Positions 1 to 10,108 of a DNA stretch of 64,000 nt are shown here, piece by piece. Location of the stretch: contig CM059432.1 of NCBI GenBank assembly GCA_030390025.1, positions 61,444,001 through 61,508,000 on the forward strand, read 5' to 3'. The notes under the pieces were generated by a model. The model was not told the origin of the DNA. It did not search any database and saw only the letters and a list, made by a program, of their open reading frames with translations. Numbering within the stretch: the first letter of the stretch is position 1; every line of letters starts with the position of its first letter. Source of the DNA: Squalus acanthias. Lineage: Eukaryota. The translations under genes and the position numbers were made by a program.

Positions 1-41
1 GTAACACGACCCCAACCCGACCCCAAGACAAAATCCAGCCC

Positions 42-1530
42 ATAGTCTCTGTCACAAGTGGGTCAGACGGTGGTTGAAGGGGCGGGTGGGTGGGGTGCTT
101 GGGTTGACGTGCGCTCCTTGCGCTTGGCTTCCGCTTGCTCCCGGCGAAGAGACTCGAGGTGTTCGGCGCCTTCCCGGATGCTTTTCCTCCACTTTGTGCG
201 GTCTTGGGCCAGGGATTCCCAGGTGTCGGTGGGGATGTTGCACTTTTTCAAGGAGGCTTTGAGGGTGTCCTTGAAGTGTTTCCTCTGCCCACCTGGGGCT
301 CTCTTGCCGCGCCGGAGCTCCGAGTAGAGCGCTTGTTTTGGGAGTCTCGTATCGGGCATGCGGACAATGTGACCCGTCCATCGGAGCTGATCGAGCGTGG
401 TCAAAGCTTTGATGCTGGGGATGTTGGCCTGAGCAAGAACACTGACGTTGGTGCGCCTATCCTGCCAATGGATTTGCAGGATCTTGCGGAGGCAGCGTTG
501 GTGGTACCTCTCCAGTGCTTTGAGGTGCCTGCTGTACATGGTTCATGTCTCTGAGGCATACAGCAGGGCGGGTATTACTGCTGCTCTGTAGACCATGAGC
601 TTAGTGCCGGGTTTGAGGTCCTGGTCTTCAAACACTCCCTTCCGAAGGTGACCGAAGGCTGCACTGGCACACTGAAGGCGGCGTTGGACTTTGTCGTCGA
701 CGTCTGCCCTTGTTGACAGTAGGCTCCCGAGGTATGGAAAGTGGTCCACGTTGTCCAAGGCCTTGTCATGGATTTTGATAATCGGGAGGCAGTACTGTGT
801 GGCGGGGGCAGGTTGGTAGAGGACCTTTGTCTTACGGATGTTTAGTGTAAGGCCTATGCTCTCGTACGCTTCGGTGAAGGTGTTGACGATGGTTTGGAGT
901 TCGACCTCCGAGTGAGCGCAGACGCAAGCGTCGTCTGCATACTGTAATTCGACGACAGAGTATGGGACGACCTTGGATCTGGACTGGAGGCGACGGAGAT
1001 TGAACAGTTTCCCGTTTGTTCTGTAAATTAGCTCCACTCCAGCGGGGAGCTTACTGAGGGTGAGATGGAGCATTGCAGCAAGGAAGATCGAGAAGAGTGT
1101 TGGTGCGATGACACAGCCTTGCTTGACCCCGGTTCGTACGTGAATTGGGTCTGTGGTGGAACCGTTGGTCAGGATCACGGCTTGCATGTCGTTGTGAAGC
1201 AGGGAGAGGATGGTGACAAACTTTTGAGGGCAGCCGAATTTGAGGAGGACACTCCATAATCCCTCACGGTTGACAGTGTCGAAGGCCTTTGTGAGATCAA
1301 AGAAGGCCATGTACAGCGGTTGGTGCTGTTTCCTGCATTTCTCTTGTAATTGACGTGCGGTGAAGATCATGTCCATTGTGCCCCTTAGTGGGCGGAATCC
1401 GCATTGCGACTCTGGGAGGAGCTCTTCGACCACTGAGAGAAGGCGATTGAGGAGGATTCTTGCGATGACTTTCCCTGTGGCAGACAGCAGGGAAACTCCT
1501 CTGTAATTACCGCAATCGGACTTGTCCCAG
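42..1530 (-). mobile_element. RTE-clade LINE, 5'-truncated, RT region with in-frame stop
   Basis: ORFs 543..1433 and 63..539 are in one frame, separated by TGA (ASET*TMYSRH; the copy at 40 kb reads ASETWTMY). RTE RT motifs: LPESQCGFR, DLTKAFD, GVKQGCVIAP, YADD, RLPKQALYSEL. Confidence 0.95.
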
Positions 1531-1748
1531 CACTCACACTCTTGGACACAGATTCACCTCAATGTTTTTATTTTGGGCAGGCAGCAAATACCAATCACAT
1601 AAACAAACTTAGCAGTGCCATCAAGGCACAGAGCAGAGCTTAGATTAAAATGCACAAAAAATCCTCAGTGATATATATGGTTCTTGAATATTGTTAACTG
1701 AACGCTAGATAGTCATTTGATGGGAGTAACCACATTGTAGCAATTACA

Positions 1749-1868
1749 TAAAAACAGAAAATGCTGGAAATACTTAGCAGGTCAGGCAGCATCTGTGGAG
1801 AGAGAAACAGAGTTAACGTTTCAGGTCGATGACCCTTCGTCAGAACTCCGTCAGTATTTTGCTTTTGT
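1749..1868 (-). mobile_element. Short Penelope-type terminal-repeat-derived element
   Basis: cagaaaatgctggaaatact.agcaggtcaggcagcatctgtggagagagaaacagagttaacgtttcaggtc recurs at ~32387, 51193, 55653, 56719 and 61198, and carries a hammerhead core. Confidence 0.7.
1808..1850 (-). ncRNA. Minimal type I hammerhead ribozyme motif
   Basis: Minus strand reads cggagtt-CTGACGA-a-gggtc-atc-gacct-GAAA-CGTT-aactctg. Both core boxes are present, with a 7-bp stem I, a 5-bp stem II and a loop-less palindromic stem III (AACGTT). Confidence 0.7.
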
Positions 1869-2148
1869 GTTGTAGCAATTACACTTTGCTTATATTTTGT
1901 TATTAGCAGGAATGTTCTTGAGGGTCGGACATAAAAAGCAGTTAGTTATTACCACAGCAATACCAGTGTTTCTTTGGACATAACACTCAGTACAGATCAT
2001 GGGTGTTGCTATTAACTGAATATTACAAAAATAACACAGACAAGGAGTAATTTTCCAACTCCCAGTCAGGAACCTCACTTGCCGGGAGTATGTATCAGGA
2101 ATTTGGGGCTTTCCAGACTCCTTCATTCCCTCTAACTAGTAGTCTTAC

Positions 2149-2291
2149 CAATGTTCCTTTTAAGCTGCGTAGCCGCTCAGCTCTCTGGACCTCCCGCACA
2201 GCCGGCTCACCGACTTTTTCAATGGGAACAACAGTGCATGCGCAGTATTTTGAATGGGCCGCGCACCCAAAAAAAATTAACGGGAACATTG
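2149..2291. mobile_element. hAT-type MITE
   Basis: Termini caatgttcc...gggaacattg; 8-bp flanks agtcttac/atccttac (6/8 match); related copy at 41763-41915. Confidence 0.7.
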
Positions 2292-4268
2292 ATCCTTACA
2301 ACAAGTCTGCTGATGCCACTTTAAGTACACCATCCATTTATCATCAGCAGGTAGCAATAATTTTGCCACTATCACAGGAACAGTCGCAAAACAACACCAC
2401 TTTGCTGGTAAGGCTTCTTAGCATAACATAGAAACATAGAATGGTTACAGCACAGAAGGCGGCCATTTGGCCCGTCGAGCCCGTGCCAGCTCTCAGCTAG
2501 TCCCACTCCCCTGCCCTTTCCTCGTGGCCCTGCAAATTTTTTTCCTTCAGATACTTATCCAACTTTTAGGCAGTGCATTCCATATTTTAACCACTCGCTG
2601 CGTAAAAACTGTTTTTTCTTATGTTGCCTTTGGTTCTTTTGCCAATCACCTTAAATCTGGTTATCGACCCTTCTGCCAATGGGAACACCTTCTCTCTATC
2701 TACTTAGTCCAAACCACTCATGATTTTGAACACCTCTATCAAATCTCCTCTCAATCTTCTCTGCTCCAAGGAGAACAACCCCAGCTTCTCCAATCTATCA
2801 ACGTAACTGAAGTCCCTCATTCCTGGAATCATTCTCGTAAATCTTTTCTGCACCTTCTCTGAGGCCTTCACATCCTTCCTAAAGTGTGGTGCCCAGAATT
2901 GGACACAGTACTCCAGTTGGGGCTGAACCAGTCTTTTCCACATTTTTGTACTCTACACCTCTATTTATGAAGTCCAGGATCCCATAAGCCTTTTTAACTG
3001 CTTTCTCAACCTGCCCTGCCACCTGCAATGATTTGTTCACGTATACCCCCAGGTCGCTCTGTTCGTGCACCCACTTTAGGATTGTACCATTAGGTTATAT
3101 GTCCTCTCAATCTTTCTACCAAGATGTATCACTTCACACTTTTCTGCATTAAATTTCATCTGCCACGTGTCCGCCCATTTCACCAGCCTGTTTATGTCTT
3201 CCTGAAGTCTATCACTCCTCTTCACTGTTCACTATACTTCCAATGTTTTGTGTCATCTGCAAATTTTGAAATTGTGCCCTTTACACCCACGTCCAAGTCA
3301 TTAACATATATCAAGAAAAGCAGTGGTCCTAGAACTGACCCCTGGGGAACATCACTGTATACCTTCCTCCAGTCCGAAAAACAACCGTTTACCACTACTC
3401 TCTGTTTCCTGTCACTTAGCCAATTTCGGACCCATGCTGCCACTGTCCCTTTTATTCCATGGGCTTCAACTTTGCTGACGAGCATATTATGTGGCACTTT
3501 GTCAAACGCCTTTTGAAAATCCATGTACACTACGTCAACCGCATTACCCTCATCAACACTCTCTGTTTCCTCATCAAAAAACTCGATCAAGTTGGTTAAA
3601 CACGATTTGCCTTTAACAAATTCATGCTGGCTTTCCTTAATTAATCCACACCTATCCAAGTGGCTGTTAATTATGTCCCTGATTACTGTTTCTAAAAGCT
3701 TCCCCACTGACTGAGGTTAAACTGACTGGCCTGTAGTTGCTGGGTTTATCTACACACCCTTTTTTGAACAATTGTATAACATTTGCAATTCTCTAGTCCT
3801 CTTGCACCACCCCCGCATCTATGCAGGACTGGAATATTATGGCCAGTACCTCCGCGATTTCCGCCCTCAATTCCCTCAGCATCCTAGGAAGCATCCCATC
3901 CGCTCCTGGTGATTTATCTACTTTAAGTACAGCCAGCCTTTCTAATACCTCTTCTTTGTCAATTTTTATGCTATCAAGCATCTCCACTACCTCCTCCTTC
4001 ACTATGTCTATGGCAGCATCCCTTTCCTTGGTAAAGACAGATGCAAAGTACTCATTTAGTACCTCAGCCATACCTTCTGCTGTTTTTTAATTCGTTCATG
4101 GGATGTGGGTGTCGCTAGCAAGGCCAGCATTTATTGTCCATCCCTAGTTGCCCTTGAGAAGGTGGTGGTGAGCCGTCTTCTTGAACCGCTGCAGTCCGTG
4201 TGGTGAAGGTACTCCCACAGTGCTGTTAGGGAGGGAGCTCATGGATTTTGACCCAGCGACGATGAAGG

Positions 4269-4744
4269 AAAAGAAAGAAAGAAAGACTTGCATTTATATA
4301 GCACCTTTCACGACCACCGGACATCTCAAAGCGATTTACAGCCAATGAAGTACTTTTTGAAGTGGTGTCATTGTTGTAATGTGGGAAACGCGGCAGCCAG
4401 TTTGCACACAGCAAACTCCCACAAACAGCAATGTGATAATGACCAGATAATCTGTTTTTGTTATGTTGGTTGAGGGATAAATATTGGCCAGGACACTGGG
4501 GATAACTCCCCTGCTCTTCTTCGAAATAGTGCCATGGGATCTTTTACGTCCACCTGAGAGAGCAGACGGGGCCTCGGTTTAAAGTCTCAGCTGAAAGATG
4601 GCACCTCCGACAGTACAGTACTCCCTCAGCACTGTACTGGAGTGTCAGCCTAGCTTTATGTGCTCAAGTCCCTGGAGTGGGACTTGAACCCACAACCTTA
4701 TCACTCAGAGGCGAGTGTGCTACCAACTGAGCCACAGCTGACAC
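4269..4744 (-). mobile_element. tRNA-derived Deu-domain SINE (SacSINE1-like)
   Basis: B-box-like gggttcaagtccc on minus (4679-4691), central Deu-type body and (cttt)n tail; several other copies in the window. Confidence 0.85.
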
Positions 4745-4928
4745 GTAAGGTGCCACATAAAAGGTTACTGCACAAGATAAGAGCTCACGGGGTTGGGGGT
4801 AATATATTAGCATGGATAGAGGATTGGCTAACTCACAGAAAACAGAGAGTTGGGATAAATGGGTCATTTTCAGGTTGGCAAACTGTAACTAATGGGGTGC
4901 CGCAGGGATCAGTGCTGGGGCCTCAACT
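4745..4928 (+). mobile_element. Internal CR1 RT fragment flanked by a 31-bp direct repeat
   Basis: Encodes KVPHKRLLHKIRAHGVGG...[12 protein letters not shown]; agtgtgctaccaactgagccacagctgacac occurs at 4714-4744 and 4929-4959. Confidence 0.9.
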
Positions 4929-6385
4929 AGTGTGCTACCAACTGAGCCACAGCTGACACTGGAACGGCGATATACTTCCAAGTCAGGATGGTGTGTGACT
5001 TGGAGGGGAACTTGGAGATGGTGGTGTTCCCATGCGCCTGCTGCCCTTGTCCTTCTAGGTGGTAGAGGTCGTGGATTTGGGAGGTGCTGCTGAAGTAGCC
5101 TTGGCGAGTTGCTGCTGAAGAAGCCTTGGCGAGTTACTGCAGTGCATCTTGTTGATGGTACACACTGCAGCCATGGTATGCCGGTGGTGGAGGAGTGAAT
5201 GTTTAAGGTGGTGGATGAGGTGCCAATCAAGCGGGCTGCTTTGTTTTGGATGGTGTTGAGCTTCTTGAGTGTTGTTGGAGCTACACTTATCCAGGCAAGT
5301 GGAGAGTATTCCATCACACTCCTGTGCCTTGTAGATGTGGAAAGGCTTTGGGGAGTCAGGAGGTGAGACACTCGCCACAGAATACCCAGCCTCTGACCTG
5401 CTGTTGTTGCCACACTATTTATGTGGCTGGTCCAGTTTGGTTTCTGGTCAATGGTGACCCCGAGGATAATCATGGTGGGGGATTTGGCGATGGTGATGCC
5501 ATTGAATGTCAAGGGGCGGTGGTTAGACGTGCGCTTGTTGGAGATAGTCATTTCCTGGCACTTGTGTGGTGCGAATGTTACCTGCCACTTATCAGCCCAA
5601 GCCTGAATATCGTCCAGGTCTTGCTGCATGTAGGCATGGACTGCTTCATTTTCTGAAAAGTTGCGAATGGCACTGAACACTGTGCAGTCATCAGCGAACA
5701 TCTCCACTTCTGACCTTATGATGGAGGGAAGGTCATTGATGAAGCAGCTGAAGATGGTTGGGTCTAGGACACTGCCCTGAGGAACTCCTGCAGTGATGTC
5801 CTGGGGCTGTGATGATTGACCTCCAACCAGCACAACCATCTTCCTTTGTGCTAGGTATGACTCCAGCCAATGTAGAGTTTAGTGCCTGATTCCTGTTGAC
5901 TTCAGTTTTGCTAGGGTTCCTTGATGCCACACTCGATCAAATGCTGCCTTGATGTCAAGGGCAGTCACTCTCACCTCACCTCTGGAATTCAGCTCTTTTG
6001 GACCAAGGCTGTAATGAGGTCTGGAGCTGAGTGGTCTTGGTGGAACCCAAACGGGGCATCAGTGAGCAGGCTATTGGTGAGTAAGTGCCGCTTGATAGCA
6101 CTGTCGACGACACCTTCCATCACTTTGCTGATGATTGAGAGTAGACTGATGGGGCGGTAATTAGCCAGATTAGATTTGTCCTGCTTTTTGTGGACAGGAC
6201 ATACCTGGGCAGTTTTCTACATTGTCAGGTAGATGCCAGTGTTATAGCTGTACTGGAACAGTTTTGCTAGTGGCATGGCTAGTTCTGGAGCACAAGTACT
6301 CAGCACAACAGCTGGGATGTTGTCAGGGCCCACAGCCTTTGCTGTATCCAGTGCGCTCAGCTGTTTCTTGATATCAAATGGAGTG

Positions 6386-6699
6386 AGCACGGTGGCATAG
6401 TGGTTAGCCCTGTTGCCTCACAGCGCCAGGGACCCGGATTCGAATCCGGCCTTGGTGACTGTCTGTGTGGAGTTTGCACATTCTCCCCGTGTCTGCGTGG
6501 GTTTCCTCCAGGTGCTCCGGTTTCCTCCCACAGTCCAAAGATGTGCGGGTTAGGTTGATTTGGCTATGATAAATTGACCCTTAGTGTTAGGGGGGATTAA
6601 ATACGTGGGGTTACGGGGATAGGGTGGTATATGTGTCGGTGCAGGCTCGATGGGCCGAAATGGCCTCTATCTGCACTGTGGGGATTCTGTGATTCTGTG
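6386..6699 (+). mobile_element. HE1-type V-SINE
   Basis: tRNA-like head (tggcatagtgg, ggattcgaatcc), V-domain (gtgtggagtttgcacattctccccgtgtctgcgtgggtttcctcc) and CR1-type tail (gattctgt)n. Confidence 0.9.
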
Positions 6700-8445
6700 A
6701 ATTGGCTGAAGACTGGCTTCTGTGGTGGTGGGGACCTCAAGAGGAGGCCAATATGGATCATCCACTCGGCACTTCTGGCTGAAGATGGTTGCAAATGCTT
6801 CAGCTTTGTCTTTTGCACTCACATGCTGGGCTCCACTATCATTGAGGATGAGGATATTCATGGAGCCTCCTCCTCCTGTTAGTTGTTTAATGGTCCACCA
6901 CCATTCATGACTGGATGTGGCAGGACTGCAGAGCTTTGATCTGATCTGTTGATTGTGGGATCGCTTAGCTCTGTCTATAGCATGCTGCTTCCGCTTTTTA
7001 CCACGCATGTAGTCCTGTGTTGCAGCTTCCCCAGGTTGTCACCGCATTTTTAGGTACGCCTGGTGCTGCTCCTGGCATGCTTTTCTGCACTCCTTATTGA
7101 ACCAGGATTGGTCCCCTGGCTTGATGGTAATGGTAGAGTGAGGGATATGCCGGGTTATGAGTTTATAGATTGTGGTGGAATACAATTCTGCTGCTGGTGA
7201 TGGTCCACAGCACCTCATATATGACCAGTTTTGAGCTGCTAGATCTGTTCTGAATCTATCCCATTTAGCACGGTGGTAGTGCCACACAACACGATGGAGG
7301 GTGTCCTCAGTGTGAAGACAGGACTTCGTCTCCAAAATGACTCCATGCATAGGTCTCCTTTTTGCTCCCTACTCGGCCCCACCCCTCCTCTTACTACCCG
7401 TTTACTATTTATATGCCTATAGAAGACTTTTGGATTACCTTTTATGTTGGCTACCATTCTATTCTCATACCCTCTCTTTGCCCCTCTTATTTTCTTTTTC
7501 ACTTCTCCTCTGACCTTTCTATATATAGCCTGATTCTCAGATGTATTTGCAACCTGACATCTGTCATATGTGTTCTTTTTCTGCTTCATCATATTCGCTA
7601 TCTGTTTCATCATCCAGGGAGCTCTGACTTTAGTTGCCCTACATTTCCCCCTCGTGGGAATGTACTTCAACTGTACCCGAACTATTTCCTCTTTAAAGGC
7701 AGCCCATTGTTCCATTACAGTTTTGCCTGCCAATCTTTGATTCCAGTTTACCCGGGCCAGATCTGTTCTCATCCCACTGAAATTGGCCTTCCCCCAGTTA
7801 AACATTCTTACTCTAGATTACTCCCTGTCCTTTTCCATAGCTAATCTAAACCTTATGATATTATGATCACTGTTCCCTAAATGTTCACCTACTGACACTT
7901 GCTCCACTTGACCTATCTCATTCCCCAGAATGAGATCCAGCAATGTCTCCTCCCTCGTCGGAAACATACTGATCAAGAAAGTTCTCCTGAACACACTTCA
8001 GAAATTCTTCCCCTTCTCTGCCCTTTACACTATTGCAATCCCAGTCTATATTAGAATAGTTGAAGTCCCCCATTATTACTACATCAAATTAACACACCAA
8101 ATCTTCTCACCTTTCACCAAACCATATTCCCATCTGATTTTCCAGATTTTCATTTATTCATCTGATATAAAATTTGTAACCAATTGTTTATAATACCATC
8201 TTATCCCCTTTTTGAATTTAATTTAAGCAGAAACCCTCCATACATAATCACCTTTGAGATCAGTTGTTCTAAATAGTGTTTCTTATTCTGATATAACTTC
8301 CCGTCTGCCTATTTATTCCTTTAAACGATCCCTTTAATTACTTGTGCATAAGAACATAAGAAATAGGAGCAGGAGCAGGCCATTCGGCCCCTCGAGCCTG
8401 CTCCACCATTTAATGAGATCATGGCTGATCCGATTTTGGCCTCAA

Positions 8446-10108
8446 GTGGGGTTCCGACGTGATGTTAACGGGCAACTGGAAATTTTGGTTGTTCTACCGG
8501 GGGGCCGACAACAAATCATGCTTATTGACACCGGTTCATCCGTTACCATCATCCATACCCCACACCCTGAACGCCATGCTGCAGCGGGCAAGGGCTGCTT
8601 GATATTACAAGGCTTTGATGGGAGGTCAACCTCTGCTTTTAAGGGAGAAATGATAACTATGCGCACAAACGGGATTGATTTGAATGTTGATGACCCTGTC
8701 ATGATGACAACTCCTGACAGAAGGGGCATATTGGGAAGTGATGTTTTGGAAAGTTACGGGACGATTATTGATTACAACCAGAGGTGTATTTGGATCAGGA
8801 CAGGAAGTAGTGAATTGGTCAAAATATCGGATGCCCACTCCGTATTTGCGATTAAGAGGACTTGCTTGTACGAGGCACCAGATCACCCAGATGAACGAGT
8901 CAGATTATTAATTCAAATGCACTCACCCGCATTTGCCACTAGTAAGCGTGACTGCGATCGAATGGAGGGTGAGGAGACAATTAACGGCCCGTCCCACTCC
9001 TTTGTTAAGCAGTACCCAATTTCCAAAGAAAGTCATCCCTGTATTAGAGATGTCATCGACTCCCTCTGAAAACAGGGCATTCTGAGAACTGGCACTTTCA
9101 CGACCAATTCACCAGCTTGGCCGGTTCGGAAGCCGGACGATAGCTGGGGGCTCACTATTGATTACCAAAGTCTTAACAAGGCTACGCCCAAGAGCGCCTC
9201 TATCATTAAGGATGCGCCAACCTTATTATCAGAAGTCCCAAAAGACTCTAAATACTACTCCACCCTAGACATTGCAAATGGCTTTTTGAGTATTCCCATC
9301 AGAACAGAGGATCAATATAAATTTGCCTTCACCTTTGAGGACCAGAATTACATGTGGACGTGCCTACCCCAAGGCTTCCACAACGCCCCAACCATCTTCC
9401 ATACCAGAATGGTACGGACCCTGAAAGCTTTTTCTAAGCCCCAGTACCTGCTTCAGTATGTCGACGACTTGCTACTGGCTACTAGTACAATCGAGGAGCA
9501 CCTTGAACTGTTAGATGAACTTTTAACACTGTTAAGCAGTGCAGGCTTGAAAATTAACCCTCGAAAAGCTCAGCTTTTGCAGGAACAGGTCACCTATTTG
9601 GGAGTGACGATCTCTCCGTAGGGTCTAAGTCCCGACGAGCACAAGATAGAGGTCATTCAACGATTCCTGCTTCCTGTATCCAGGACAGCGCTCTGATCGT
9701 TTTTGCGACTAGTGGGATACGAGCGTAGTTTTATTCCTGGATTTGCATAACTTGCAAAGCCCCTCTATGAACTGTTAAAAGGAAAAGAGGATCAAATGTC
9801 CTCCCTGTGGGGGCCAGATCACACTGCTGCAGTTGGGAAATTGAAGCAGGCTGTTATGCAGGCTACCTGTTTGATATCACCCGACCTGACACAGCCATTC
9901 CATCTCGAGGTCGCATATACCGACCATAGTCTGACTGCGGTCCCATGTCAAGAACAACTGGACAGGTTACAACCGATCGCATATGCCTCACGGGTTTTCC
10001 AGGGGGCAGAACTGACTTATTCAGCCTGTGAGCGCCACCTACTGGCGACGTTCTGGGCCAGTCAACACTTTACCTACATTACAGGCTTACAGAGGATTAT
10101 CTTGCAAA
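8446..10108 (+). pseudogene. pol: Retroviral pol fragment (protease - RT - connection/tether), no LTRs
   Basis: One reading frame with four stops (9067, 9619, 9694, 9748). Motifs: LIDTGS (8527-8535), GILGSD, QYP, NSPAWPVRKPD, LDIANGF, LPQGFHNAP, YVDD (9457-9468), PFHLEV, PIAYASR. Confidence 0.92.

Larger units (their letters stand above)
4082..7337 (-). mobile_element. Second CR1-group LINE family (L2/Crack/Daphne-like), nested in CR1
   Basis: ORF 4889..5839 contains VPQGSVL, FINDL, FADD and LGVTID; further fragments at 6667..7008 and 7039..7350. The 3' UTR at 4082-4268 resumes at ~4961. Clade assignment is by eye. Confidence 0.85.
2425..8085 (-). mobile_element. CR1 LINE (5'-truncated ORF2), split by a nested LINE at 4082-7337
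   Basis: acatagaa tail at 2425; RT ORFs 2704..2943, 3222..3707 and 3793..4071. The protein rejoins across the insert (QKGDLCMES at ~7345 | AEGMAEVLNEYF at ~4080); ORF 7239..7805 lies upstream in ORF2. Confidence 0.92.

Noticed and set aside
6386..6455. tRNA gene
   Set aside because: The A/B boxes belong to a SINE head followed by a V-domain and CR1 tail; the same applies to the Deu-SINE head at 4670-4744.
8344..9069. 241-aa ORF as an expressed protease gene
   Set aside because: It starts at GTG in antisense CR1 tail sequence and ends at a premature stop in pol; it is a junction artefact.
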